This document shows positions 51,046 through 64,000 of a DNA stretch of 64,000 nucleotides, piece after piece. How positions within the stretch are numbered: the first letter of the stretch is position 1; each line of letters starts with the position of its first letter. A program made the translations under genes and the position numbers. The stretch comes from Hormiphora californensis (taxonomy: Eukaryota; Animalia; Ctenophora). The stretch lies in contig CM035354.1 in NCBI GenBank assembly GCA_020137815.1, positions 1,488,001 to 1,552,000 on the forward strand, read 5' to 3'. Under the pieces are notes generated by a model. That model made no database searches, was not told where the DNA came from, and saw only the letters and a program-made list of their open reading frames with translations.

Positions 51046-52230
51046 TCACATGGAAGTGAGGAGGAGGGCCAGTTCACATTTCTGAATTGTATTTGAGTTG
51101 TCCGTATCACACGCCTTCATAACTTCCTTATATACCTCCTGAAATCGGGATTAGGATTAATTGAGGTTGAGTGTTGAAGATAGTTAGATATTCGGGGCCT
51201 GGCAAGGCCCCCCGACCCGAATATAACCCATTAATTGAGGTTGAGTGTTGACGATATAGTTAGATATATCGGGATTAGGATTAATTGAGGTTGAGTGTTG
51301 ACGATACAGTTAGATATATCGGGATTAGGATTAATTGAGGTTGAGTGTTGACGATACAGTTAGATATATGGGATTAGGATTAATTGAGGTTGAGTGTTGA
51401 AGATAGTTAGATATTCGGGGCCTGGCAAGGCCCCCCGACCCGAATATAACCCATTAATTGGGGTTGAGTGTTGACGATATAGTTAGATATATATCTTGAA
51501 TCTTGGACCTATCAAATTGTCAGGGGGTTATATACCAGAGGGTATAACCCACTGACAATTTGATAGATTCAAGATATTTAATACATGAATAATTCTCAAA
51601 ATTTATAATAATCCATGTAGACATGGCGATTATTGAATGGAAGAAAAGAAATTTTGAGAATTATTCAAGGATCAATAACGAGGAAGTATTTATCCCTAGT
51701 TTAACACAATTTTGTTAATTTGGAGATGAACGTTGAAGTGGTCGTTGATTCATTTTAAGCAACTGCAATCTCAAGATTAATGAAATACGTAATCTCTATT
51801 TTCAGAAAATATCAATAATTCAAATCTTCGAGAGTTATATAAACGATGCATGTTTATAATAGGTGTGGTTAAATGGTTCCGGATGAATGATGATGGATAT
51901 TGCCGATATTCTCAAGTGCAAAATGAAAGGAATGAAGGAGGCCCCCCACGATGCGACGGGAGGGGAGAACTGCGAGATGTAGAAGAATATAGACAAATAT
52001 ATTATCGCGGGTTTTTCCAAATCCCAAACTGGGCTGCATGAAGTTGATATATCTACCGAACCCTGATCACAGAGCAATGCAGCAATGTGAGCCACACAAC
52101 CAATATTACCATGAAAGTGAATACATCTGCATATTCCCCTATCTGCCCCCTATCAGACTCAGACTCACAGACTGACAACTTTTTTTACACCAGGTGCGGA
52201 CACAACAAATTCCCTGTTAATCTGTTTACT

Positions 52231-52293
<63 letters not shown>

Positions 52294-52303
52294 AAACTCT
52301 CTC

Positions 52304-52362
<59 letters not shown>

Positions 52363-55300
52363 TTCTCAGATCTCACTTTCTCAAGTTGCAATTCCAAGTC
52401 CATGGTCATTTCAGCAAATTGTGCAATATATTTTTGTGGCCCTTTATGTTACAGTCCTGTTTATGTTACACTCCTGAGGCCCTTTATGTTACAGTCCTGA
52501 GGCCCTTTTATGTTACAGTCCTGAGGCCCTTTATGTTACAGTCCTGAGGCCCTTTATGTTACACTCCTGAGGCCCTTTATGTTACAGTCCTGAGGCCCTT
52601 TATGTTACACTCCTGAGGCCCTTTATGTTACAGTCCTGAGGCCCTTTTATGTTACACTCCTGTTTATGTTACAGTCCTGAGGTCCTTTATGTTACAGTCC
52701 TGCGGCCCTTTATGTTACACTCCTGAGGCCCTTTATGTTACAGTCCTGAGGCCCTTTATGTTACACTCCTGAGGCCCTTTATGTTACAGTCCTGAGGCCC
52801 TTTTATGTTACACTCCTGTTTATGTTACAGTCCTGAGGCCCTTTATGTTACACTCCTGAGGCCCTTTATGTTACAGTCCTGAGGCCCTTTTATGTTACAC
52901 TCCTGTTTATGTTACAGTCCTGGGACCCTTTATGTTACAGTCCTGAGGCCCTTTATGTTACACTCCTGAGGCCCTTTATGTTACAGTCCTGAGGCCCTTT
53001 TATGTTACACTCCTGTTTATGTTACAGTCCTGAGGCCCTTTATGTTACACTCCTGAGGCCCTTTATGTTACAGTCCTGAGGCCCTTTATGTTACACTCCT
53101 GAGGCCCTTTATGTTACACTCCTGTCAGTCATACGGGGAGGAAGGAACCAATTGGACCAGGGATCACGATCTAATTAATGTGAATTGATGTTATTATTCC
53201 CTGACATATAACCTGACCGCCATACAAGACAGATCTCTTAGATTATTATTATATCAGATCCATATACCCTCGCTCACCCTGCTCGACAAGATTGTTTAAC
53301 TTTAGTCTTTAGTGCCATGTAGTTCACTTATATATTCTGAATTCCCAGGGAATTATTTTGCTGTTGTTTGGAGTTACAGGATTTATTCTCAGTACCTTCT
53401 GTGCATATTTCCTAGTGAGGCAGCATAACCGACTTGTACCCAAGGTAAGTGGAGTCCTTGGTAACATAGACACCGTGTGCGGGGGTCGCGCCAGGTGTCT
53501 ATATGTCACCAAGTGGAGTCCGAGGTTTCCTTTTCCACAGCAAAATGAAACAAGGAGTTATAGTCATTTTCCTCACCTCTCAACAAGTATAGACTGCTCA
53601 CGGCCTGTAGTGACACATCAGACTAGCCAGCTGACAGTATATATTATCTCCACCATGTGTATTTGACCAGATTTGACACCTGCATGCAGGCATGTTCATT
53701 TTCTTTCATAGCATTGTCCAATGTCCGCCAGACAGTTAACATTAGTGGGAACTGGGAGTTCACCGTTAAATATATTTCAGGACCTCCTCCTGTTAAGCGT
53801 CTGTCTGGGAGACTCTCTGATGGCGGTTGTTGCAACATGGAGGTCTCTTATCTTCCTAGATCCTATGTTTGCGGGGGGTTTAACCACGCCTGGGAATTCA
53901 ACCATCGCCTGCCAGATATTCGCATTTCTACCTGAGACAAGGTAACTATAGGTCCCTAGTGGGTTGTGTAGTTTATACTAGGTAACTATACCCCAGCTGA
54001 CACAAAATACCACAACCACCAGAGAGAGAGGCTGCATTATTTCCCGCATATATTACAAGGTGTCCTGAGGACACCTTGTAACATATATGCGGGAAATAAT
54101 GCAGCCTCTCTCTCTGGTGGTTGTGTTGTAGCCTTCCCTATTTATCAAAATTTTTGAAATTCAAAAATGTGCCCCCTAGAATATGTTGACGACATCATAA
54201 CTAGAGGGGAATCACCTTAGAATAACATCTTGAATGAATGCAGAGCTGCCGCATCCGGCCTAAAATTGTGCGAGTGTTTGCGATCCAATGCAAATGTTTG
54301 CGATTGATTGCAAATAGTTGCGATAAAATGCGATAAAATGCGATTGCGACATAATGCGATTGTTTGCCACCACTTGCTAATAAATGCGATAGAATGCGAA
54401 CGAATTCAATGTTTTGCTACTAAATGCGATCTCATGCGATCTCATGCGATCTCATGCGAATGAATGCTAATTCATTACGGATACTCTCCGCCAAATTCGC
54501 AAAAAATCGCATAAAATGGCAAAAAATCGCATGATATAGCAAAGTATAGCAAGTCATCGCGAATCATTGCAGACATTCGCAAACGTTCGCAAACGTTCGC
54601 ATAATTTCCGGCCGCTTGCGGCAGCGCTACTCAAACTTTTCGAAAATTTTCGAGTCGTCAGATTGCAGTAAAAGGTGTCCTCTAGACATCCTAGGGGACA
54701 CATTTTTGAGATTTTGTTTCAAAACAGCTCCGAATGGACAAATAGGGAAGGCTAGTGTCCTCGCATATAATTCCCGCATATCATTTAGCCTGTCTAACGA
54801 TCCGCGTGCGTCAGGCATTAACCTTGCAACTTAGGAAAGACATAAAATACAGCTCCCCCTAGGAAATGTTGCATCCTGATGTTACTTCCCCTCACTATTG
54901 ATCGTGGCGTGGCAGTGATAACGCCGATCCGGTATAGAGTGTGGTTGTCATGGAATGTAGCTGTTACCATGGTAACTGTATCTTGGTTACCCGCCATCCT
55001 GAATGTCCTACAATACCTTGTCCTCTATGTGATGGGGATTTATAAGGTGCGTATTGAGACATCCTGTGATGATTTTAGATCTTAACGTAATAGCATACAT
55101 AGGTAAGTAACTCTAGAGAATGGGTGGTGCATTAGCTTAAAAATATACCCATTTGACCAACGGGCGCCCGAGAAACCATTTCCAGGAAATACGGTCTCGA
55201 GTTCACAAAGTTATTCTCTGATTTTTACTACAATTTCTAGAACCCAGAATAGTCGAGAGTCTCGAGTCCCTAACTACAAATATCTTGGTTTCTAGACTAA

Positions 55301-58300
55301 GATACATGTAGTTAAGATGTTAGATGGTATAACAGATGTTAGATAGTATTTAACCTAGTAAAGCAGCATTTCAGCCACTCCCACGTGATCTATCTAAATG
55401 CAACTATTCCCACCCACAGATAGAGTACTACACCACCTGTCAGAGATGTTTTCTAACCGCCCCCTTCATCTCTACAACCTACACAACCAGCCTGGCTGTC
55501 TGCCTGGTGGTCCCCATCGCCCTGGTAACACTGGTATATGTTGCCATAGCGACTACCCTTCTAAAGCGCTCTATAACCTCTACCAGGTTCCTAGTGGTGG
55601 CGAGTGTAATAATACTAAGTGGGGTAATAACGACTCTACCATGGGTCGTTATAGAGGTGTCTGGTGTGGTAATTGACAGGACTATTTACATGCCTCTAGT
55701 GGCCGTTCTACCCTTCCTAAATAGCGTTCTAGACCCTCTAGTTTATATCGTAGCTAACCCGACAATAAAGATATAGCGTGAAGGACCTGCAGTAGTGAGT
55801 GCATTTTGTAAATTCAAGATTCAAGATTGTAATTGTACGTTGAATATTGTGACGATTGGAGAAGGATTTATCAAAACAGATGAATATTTTGTAGTAATAC
55901 TAAACTATTATAGACCCCGCTGGCTCAAATAGACGCCCGCCCCGCGCGAACAATTTGCACTGGTCTATTGCGCCGTGCACTGCCGTGAGTTTGTGTCTCG
56001 ATAGACGCACGCCCTCGAACAGATTTGTATAAATATCACAAAGAATCACTGGAAACACGATAAAATGACTTGATAACACAAGAGGGAGTGTGTGTACAAC
56101 CTAAAACTTTCTCTGCCAAGAACTGACGCCAGCCAGTCTGTCGCTCATGACTACAATTCATTGGTACCTCTCTCTACATTCCATCCTTTTAAACTGTTAC
56201 AACGATTGTTATGAGTGTGTAGGAATGTAGAGAGACAATCTGTAGCTTCATTTCCAATTGTTTGACCCTTTTTATGCGAGATCTCTCTGTCTTGTCTGTG
56301 TGAACCACCTAAATTGAGCTTGTTTTGCTTCCAGGTGCCCGCCAGCGGGGTCTATAGAACATAACTCCCTCCCTTGTGTGCAGATATACCTGTAAACCCC
56401 TCGCTAACGCTCGGGATTTACAGGGCTGTAATTCACGGCCCCTTCGGGACCCGTGCATTACAGCTCAATAGACGCACTGCTCTGCAGTGCGTCTATTGAT
56501 TATACGCCCGCGCGGGAGGGAGTTATGTACTATATACTGCTGTACACTATATATTGCTGTACAGGTAAATCTTACTTTACCAATTCTTGGATAATATCTC
56601 AATTATAATTTGGAAATGAATTAAACAAACAAACAAACAAACAAACAAACAGACAAACAAACAGACAAACAAACAGACAAACACGGGTATAGGTATGTGA
56701 GTACAAACAAACAAACAAACAAACAAAGTGTTACCTTTAACACGGGTATCGGTATGTGGGTATCCTTGGTCTCATGGAATTTCAAGATGTCATTGAGAAG
56801 TGCCATCACTTCCTCCTTATCTAGGTACCCCGTATTATCAGTGTCGTAGTGGGAGAAAATCTGATCGAAATCCTTCCTCGTCAAATAATTCCTGTTCTGT
56901 GGGGAAATGGGAATGGGTTAGAGAGGGATGAAATATAATAATAATAATTATATATAATAATAATATATAATAATAATAATATATAATAATATAATAGGGT
57001 TCGAGGGATGTAGGTGAATGATATTTTTATTTTAAGGGGGTACGTGCAGGGGTATTATAGTTCCTGTTCTGTAACAGGAAGGTAGAGAGATGAAGGAGGG
57101 ATCACTAAACTCTCTCCAGGACTAGACATTCAATACTCTTCTAGGTAAAAAGTTTTTGATGTCACTCCCCCCTCTCTCTACAAGTAAACATGTCATGAAG
57201 GTAGAGAGATGAAGGGTGCGAGGGACCACTAAAACCGCTCTAGGACTAGACGTGTTAACTTCAAGTTAAGGTGTCACTTTCCTCTATCCTTCTGTAAGAA
57301 ACAGTTCCTCAGAAATGCAGTTATATAGTCAGTGGGTGCGATGTTGCCTGGCTAGACTGTGTAGACAAATGTAAAGGGAGGGTTAGTGGGTGAGATGATG
57401 GTGGTGGAAGGGGAACTATAATTGAGTCTCTGTGACTGCCATGAGGGATGGGTGAAATAGAGGGGGGGATAAACACTGTTTATTAAACAGTTTACACTTT
57501 TAAAAGAATTCTAAAGAGGAGGAACAGCTCTACTAGGATGAATATAGTTGAATTTAGTCAAGTATGATTACATGTGATGCAGTATGAGCAAGTTGCAAGT
57601 GAGAGGACTAGTTCAAATACGTAATGCACGTGATATAATGGATCAAATAGTACATGCTAAATGTCTGTGTCTTTATTGCCACGTATGATGGCGCTATTAT
57701 ACCATCAATGATTCCCCCAGGTTTAGAGACTAATTCTTTTGCAGTGAGGAGCATGACGATCCTCTGAAATCTACCAATTTAAGAAACTTAACAGCTACTG
57801 CTGCTGGGGGGGGGGGGTAGTTATACTGCTGGTGGGAAAGTATCCATTCAATGAAATGGTTAGCTTAACCATGCATTTAGAAATTTCTGAGAATTGTTCT
57901 GAGAATATAATATTTCTACAAATCAGAAGATGTGACAGTAGGTTAGAGAGAGAGGGAAAGTGTGACATCTACAAATCAGAAGATGTCAAGATAAGTTATC
58001 AAGATAAGTTATCAAGATAAGTTCAAGATAAGTTATCAAGATACCTATATACAAATACAGTTTTTTGTCTAGACACTATGTCACTATCTGATTCTGGCCT
58101 ACCTGGAGTGTCAAACTAAACCTCGAGCATATCATGATAATATGAAACCCGATAGGTGATTTAACAGTCGTTTGGACATTTTGCGCGCTCATGATAACTG
58201 CTAGCTGGGAGATTTAACACCCTGCTCGCTGTTTAACAGTCCCGCTCTCTTTTTCACGCATTTCTCTTCATTTGAATAACATGCGTGTAAAATTCTAAGT

Positions 58301-61300
58301 ATTGAAAATGTGTGTAAACACACAGTTCTGTCAACAAAAGAAAGGGGAAACATGTCTGCAACACGTTTCAATGTTATCTCTCTCATAAGGAGTGAAAAGA
58401 ATCACATTCCATTCATTTCTCTCTCTCATTGTCTCTTTTACTGTTCACTACCTCTGACAGTGTGTATTGCCCCTAATCTTTCTCTCTCTTTCTCAAACAT
58501 GTTAGGAACAGTAGACACTAAGTCTACACACATTTTCAGGGTGTCTATTGACTATTTGCCAGCAGTTCTAGTGTGTTTCACCTTGTGTTGTGTCTCTTAT
58601 TTGTGTGTAATTACTATCGGGTTTCATAAAATATGAACGTTTGTTAGCCTATCGCGTTATAGGTTTAAATCACCTCCCCCTCACCCTCGGCTGGCGCCTC
58701 GGGATCGGCGTCGGGATTTAAACCAGTTTAATCGCCCTGCCGGGCGATTAAACTCCAGTTGGCTGTCCCCAGCTCGCGCTGGGAACAGCCAACTTCATAA
58801 CGCGCCAGTCTACAAACGTTCATACTTCATATGTACCGCACTTCATTTGGCGCCAATTGGAGCTGCACAGGGGCTGCACATCACCAAATTGGCACGCTAT
58901 ACCTAAAGTGTACATCTACCAAAACTACACTAATACACTCTACTTACACAAAACGCCTTCATAAAGTTGTCCTCTACACTCATAATATGACTCAATTCCT
59001 CAAGTTCCAGTCGTCCGTCCTTGTTAATATCGAACTCGCCCATCAACTGTTTCAGAGACTCAGATAGCTCCCCTTCCTCGACCCTCTCGCCCACTAACTG
59101 GATATAGGAAATATGTGTGATTAGAGGTGATTAGAAGAAATATTTGATTATAACTAGAGGAATTAAAGAGAAACAACGATTTTGCAGTACAGTCGGACCC
59201 CGATTTAACGGCCCCCGATTTAACGGCACCCCGATTTAACGGCAGGATAATCTTCCCCCGATATCGGAAATTAATAATATTCCACCCCGATTTAGCGGAC
59301 ACCCCGATTTAACGGACAAAACCCTTTCCCCCGAGGGTGCCGTTAAATCGGGGTCCGACTGTACTAATATTCAATTAATTTAATAACTAGAGGATCCCAC
59401 TAACTAGATATATAGGAAATATATATGTGATTATAACTAGGAGATTGGGTAATTTAACCCTTTGAGGGCGATAGGTCATATATGACACGGTCCATTCTAG
59501 ACCGTCTGGAAGGCGCTACATGATGTCTAGGTGGCTAATTTTTTGTCACAAGCTAGTTTTAGGGATTTTGAACCCAAAACCACGTCCAAATCTGCTCGGA
59601 AAATCGAAGAAATTTTTTTATGGCCCTTCTCGGGAGGCTAATTTAGGCCTTTTTTTAAAAACTCCTCTCAAATTTTTGTTTTTGAGGGGCACAAATAATC
59701 CTTTGAAGGGATAAAACTACTTGACATAACAAATCGAATGCAAAAAACCGCATCAAAAAATATTGAAAATTGAATGAGTTATTAACGTTTTAGTCGTTGT
59801 ATCATATATGACTCTATCGTCCGTAAGGGAATTCTAGTAACAAATGTCATTTGTGCAAAAGTATAGGTCCAATAGTCAAATTTTATGCTTTGAGGCAGTC
59901 TATAGCTAAAATTTCTACAATCTTGAACGGTTTTTACTAGAAAAATACCCCAAATTCTACATTTTGTATCATATATGACTCTATCGTCCCAATTGGTAAA
60001 TTCTCCAAAAACATCCATAACTCGGGCTAGAAAAGGAGCTAAGAGTCAAATCAGGGCACTAATCTATGTAAAATCATCGCATTAGTGGGGGTAGAGCACA
60101 TATTTAGGTCGCTATCTTGCCCCCTAATTGAGATAATTGGATAATTAGCCAATTATCTGTCCCGCGCATGCTAATAAATGAAACTTTGCTTTGGGAAGGA
60201 GTTATGAGTCAAATGGGGGCACTAAAATGTGTAGAATCATCACATTAGTGGGGTTAGAGCACATATTTAGGTCTCTATCTGGACCCCTAATTGAGATAAT
60301 TGGATAATTAGCTAATTAGTTGCCCTTCAGCGCTAAAAAATTAAATTTGGCGGAGTATACAAGACAAATGGGGGCATTAAAATGTGTAAAATCGTCGCCT
60401 TAGTGGGGACAGAGCACATAGCTGAGTTTCTATTCCCGCTCCTAATTGAGATAATTGGATAATTAGCTAATTGACGGTTACATGATGCCCCCTTTTCACC
60501 ATATACCGTGGTTTCTGGCTAATCCTGAGCTCTTTTGTTCAATCTAAGGATCTTTTGTCATCCCTTTACCCCATTTGTATCACCTTTGACTCGTTTTACA
60601 CAATAATATAGCACTCTATACAACCTTAGACGCCGCCTTCAGCTCTTTAGAACCCTCTTGCTTAATCCTAGACCTCTCATAATTTCGAGATCCATATACA
60701 CCTTCCTAACCGATTTTTTTTGGGATATCCTATTGCTCCTACAAGACGTTCAACCCCTAATGTACTACAGTTGCCCATTTTATTATTGGACACACGGTTT
60801 AGATTCCCCATACATTATTTCTCCTCATCACTCTCACAATCTCATTTGCTACTAAGAAAACTTCTCATGAACTCCATCGGAAATAAAAATGATTTGTAGA
60901 AGGCGTTTAGTATGGTGTATGAGAGGTCTAGCTAGGAGTAGGATGAAGCAAGGGGGTTGTACAGAGCTGAAGTCGGCGTCTAAGGTTGTATAGAGTGCTA
61001 TATTATTGTGTAAAACGAGTCAAAGGTGATACAAATGGGGTAAAGGGATGACAAAAGATCCTTAGATTGAACAAAAGAGCTCAGGATTAGCCAGAAACCA
61101 CGGTATATGGTGAAAAGGGGGCATCATGTAACCGTCAATTAGCTAATTATCCAATTATCTCAATTAGGAGCGGGAATAGAAAATCAGCTATGTGCTCTGC
61201 CCCCACTAAGGCGACGATTTTACACATTTTAGTGCCCCATTTGTCTTGTATACTACGCCAAATTTAATTTTTTAGCGCTGAAGGGCAACTAATTAGCTAA

Positions 61301-63652
61301 TTATCCAATTATCTCAATTAGGGGTCCAGATAGAGACCTAAATATGTGCTCTAACCCCACTAATGTGATGATTCTACACATTTTAGTGCCCCCATTTGAC
61401 TCATAACTCCTTCCCAAAGCAAAGTTTCATTTATTAGCATGCGCGGGACAGATAATTGGCTAATTATCCAATTATCTCAATTAGGGGGCAAGATAGCGAC
61501 CTAAATTAGTGCCCTGATTTGACTCTTAGCTCCTTTTCTAGCCCGAGTTATGGATGTTTTTGGAGAATTTACCAATTGGGACGATAGAGTCATATATGAT
61601 ACAAAATGTAGATTTGGGGTATTTTTCTAATAAAAACCGTTCAAGATTGTAGAAATTATAGCTATAGACTGCCTCAAAGCATAAAATTTGACTATTGGAC
61701 CCATACTTTTGCACAAATGACATTTGTTACTAGAATTCCCTTACGGACGATAGAGTCATATATGACACAGTGGGCCCAGCAAAAACTACATGTCGAAACT
61801 TCAAATTTCTTTTTCGAGGTAGTTTGTGGTAATAATATCTACTTATGAAACCCGATAGGTGATTTAACAGTCGTTTGGACATTTTGCGCGCTCATGATAA
61901 CTGCTAGCTGGGAGATTTAACACCCTGCTCGCTGTTTAACAGTCCCGCTCTCTTTTTCACGCATTTCTCTTCATTTGAATAACATGCGTGTAAAATTCTA
62001 AGTATTGAAAATGTGTGTAAACACACAGTTCTGTCAACAAAAGAAAGGGGAAACATGTCTGCAACACGTTTCAATGTTATCTCTCTCATAAGGAGTGAAA
62101 AGAATCACATTCCATTCATTTCTCTCTCTCATTGTCTCTTTTACTGTTCACTACCTCTGACAGTGTGTATTGCCCCTAATCTTTCTCTCTCTTTCTCAAA
62201 CATGTTAGGAACAGTAGACACTAAGTCTACACACATTTTCAGGGTGTCTATTGACTATTTGCCAGCAGTTCTAGTGTGTTTCACCTTGTGTTGTGTCTCT
62301 TATTTGTGTGTAATTACTATCGGGTTTCATAAAATATGAACGTTTGTTAGCCTATCGCGTTATAGGTTTAAATCACCTCCCCCTCACCCTCGGCTGGCGC
62401 CTCGGGATCGGCGTCGGGATTTAAACCAGTTTAATCGCCCTGCCGGGCGATTAAACTCCAGTTGGCTGTCCCCAGCTCGCGCTGGGAACAGCCAACTTCA
62501 TAACGCGCCAGTCTACAAACGTTCATACTTCATATGAACGAAAAATTAGAAAAATCTATCGAGCCAATCCTTCTCGTCCTTAAAGGGTTAACTAGTTAGT
62601 TAAGCGGAAATTGGGTGATATAACTAGATGGGAGATAATTTGGTCTTATTATAGAAGATTGGGTCTCTAACTAGTTAGTTAGATTCCGCTATTTTCGCTT
62701 AGATATAAACTAGTACTAGTTAGTTAAGCGGAAATAATTGGTATAACCCCGGTATAAATGCAATCTTAACTACTTTACTTGATACTTGACTGCTAAACGC
62801 AAAGGTTATATCGTAACTTTTAATGAGTATGGTATTTATATCTGGGGGGTAGCTGCAGGGGGATGTGCAGGGGGGGGGGGGTAGCTTATGAGTATGGCAT
62901 ATCAGAAGTTATAAAATCAAGAGCTGGGGGGGAGCTGCAGGGGGATGTGATTATAACCAGTACCTGCGCAAAGTCCCGTACAAGCAGAAGAAGTTCTTTC
63001 ATCTCCAGAAATCCAGAATGATCCTGATCGTAGTTCCTCCACATCTTGAGGAAATCTGAAGAATCAGGAATAGTTAGGAACCTAAGACTATCATGTAGAG
63101 GCAAAATAGGATACCTTACATTCTAAGTAACATTCTTTGTTACACATCTTGAGGAAATATGTACAAAGGGAGGGGTTTAAGAAAATCTGTATAGCGGAAT
63201 CAGGAATAGCATTAGTTAGGAACAATTGACTATCATGCAGAGGATAACTAGGATCTACCATGTTCTAAACATTTTTTAATACACAGCGCCAGGGGTAAGA
63301 TCTCTTAGTATCCTAGTATGGGAAGTAATTTTGATCTCTCCTTCTGGTGATCAATACACACACACACACACACACACACACGCCCTCTGTACAACAGTTT
63401 AATGGGGAATCTCACACATACACGGGCAGAACTCGGTTAAGGAGAGATTAATTAGTATCCTAGTATGAATTGAAACAAACTGCTGATTATTTAGTTAGTG
63501 GTTAGGTACCTGCTGAGGGTATCCTGTGCCCTATCCTAATGAGGTAGTTCTGCTCGGTAGGGATGCAGTCTATCAGGACATCTTTAGGTATCTCAGCGGG
63601 TAACCTCTCTCCCATTATATCGTGTATCTTGTGCAGTACCTCCATGGTGAAA
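51046..63652 (-). CDS. Calbindin/calretinin/secretagogin-like EF-hand protein (5' end possibly beyond the window)
   Basis: Exons 63652-63510 (IPTEQNYLIR), 63081-62964 (FLKMWRNYDQDHSGFLEMKEL), 59097-58948 (FDINKDGRLELEELSHIMSVEDNFM), 56896-56735 (FSHYDTDNTGYLDKEEV) and 51138-51046 (CDTDNSNTIQKCELALLLTSM*). The last three junctions are phase 0. The first junction is off by 1 nt. Confidence 0.88.
51147..51492. repeat. Composite tandem repeat of about 50 bp next to the last EF-hand acceptor
   Basis: Units of gggattaggattaattgaggttgagtgttga...agttagatat. Confidence 0.8.
52438..53124. repeat. 23-bp minisatellite
   Basis: Unit gaggccctttatgttaca(g/c)tcct, about 30 copies. Confidence 0.95.
53349..55776 (+). 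CDS. Rhodopsin-family (class A) GPCR nested antisense in the last intron of the EF-hand gene; start exon unresolved
   Basis: Exons 53349-53444 (TM1), 53781-53941 (TM2 LLLLSVCLGD, then C-QIFAFL), 54863-55046 (LTIDRGVAVITPIRYR, TM4 SWLP) and 55420-55776 (TM5-7, LPW, NSVLDPLVY). Phases 0, 2 and 0 are consistent. A candidate first exon is 52111-52193. Confidence 0.88.
53458..53512. mobile_element. 55-bp micro-element with 9-bp TSD in GPCR intron
   Basis: ttggtaacatagacacc...ggtgtctatatgtcaccaa between GTGGAGTCC repeats. Confidence 0.75.
55909..56534. mobile_element. Repeat family A, copy 2
   Basis: Same ends, internal junction complement and hairpins as 45917-46543. Confidence 0.7.
58141..58831. 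mobile_element. Non-coding repeat family B with an internal end-junction complement and 3 hairpins, copy 1
   Basis: Left end TATGAAACCCGATAG and right end CAAACGTTCATActtcata. Internal ctatcgggtttcata-aaa-tatgaacgtttg at 58614-58643. Confidence 0.7.
59190..59361. mobile_element. pogo-type MITE, short form
   Basis: TA|CAGTCGGACCCCGATTTA...AAATCGGGGTCCGACTG|TA. Confidence 0.85.
59458..62587. mobile_element. Non-autonomous piggyBac-type element with long internal inverted repeats
   Basis: TTAA|CCCTTTGAGGGCGA...TCGTCCTTAAAGGG|TTAA. Internal inverted repeat about 59803-60645 versus about 60965-61765. It carries family B copy 2. Confidence 0.75.
61844..62534. mobile_element. Repeat family B, copy 2
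   Basis: Apparently identical to 58141-58831 (offset 3703; the track ORFs are identical). Confidence 0.75.
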
Positions 63653-63675
63653 CTGAATATTTGGACTATTTTTAT

Positions 63676-64000
63676 ATGAACTATGAACGTTTGTAGACTG
63701 GCGCGTTATCAAGTTGGCTGTTCCCAGCGCGAGCTGGGGACAGCCAACTGGAGTTTAATCGCCCGGCAGGGCGATTAAACTGGTTTAAATCACGACGCCG
63801 ATCCCGAGGCGCCAGCCGAGGGTGAGGGGGAGGTGATTTAAACCTATAACGCGATAGGCTAACAAACGTTCATAGTTTATGAAACCCGATAGTAATTACA
63901 CACTAACATGAGACACAATACAAGGTAAAACACACAAGGAGTACTGGAAAATATTCAACAGACGTCCCCAAACTATGTGTAGACTAACTGGCACCTAGTT
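63676..64000. mobile_element. Repeat family B, copy 3 (inverted, diverged, runs off the window)
   Basis: Reverse complement of the hairpin module and internal junction. The hairpin module is conserved while the body diverges. Confidence 0.7.

Noticed and set aside
1-64000. tRNA, rRNA or spliced-leader RNA genes
   Set aside because: None recognised by eye. tRNAscan-SE and Infernal would be needed to exclude them.

Overview
This is AT-rich, transposon-dense animal genomic DNA with spliceosomal GT-AG introns. There are no prokaryotic operons and no CRISPR arrays. The repeat families and the genes-inside-introns layout suggest a ctenophore (Pleurobrachia/Hormiphora-like); that assignment is inference. 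Genes rebuilt by hand from splice sites: a 3-exon orphan with a half-LIM-like zinc motif (21459-28083); the 3' exons of a CAP/GAPR-1 gene; a complete 9-exon divergent actin (33301-43552); an intronless glypican-like gene convergent with the actin; and a calbindin/calretinin-like EF-hand gene (minus strand, 51046 to at least 63652). The actin's introns hold two genes, a same-strand secreted orphan and an antisense 5-exon type I membrane protein. The EF-hand gene's last intron holds an antisense rhodopsin-family GPCR. Mobile DNA includes a 5'-truncated Penelope-like retroelement (RT + GIY-YIG) with inverted ends carrying hammerhead-ribozyme cores, three Kolobok-type foldbacks, pogo/mariner, hAT, Harbinger, piggyBac and Helitron derivatives, and a 9-bp-TSD family as small as 35 bp. 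Two patterns stand out. First, splice junctions themselves are tandemly amplified: a 54-copy donor satellite and 8 copies of an actin acceptor. Second, two unrelated non-coding repeat families each carry an internal copy complementary to their own end-to-end junction plus three hairpins, suggesting tyrosine-recombinase/circle-type mobility. Most long ORFs in the supplied track are repeat artefacts.
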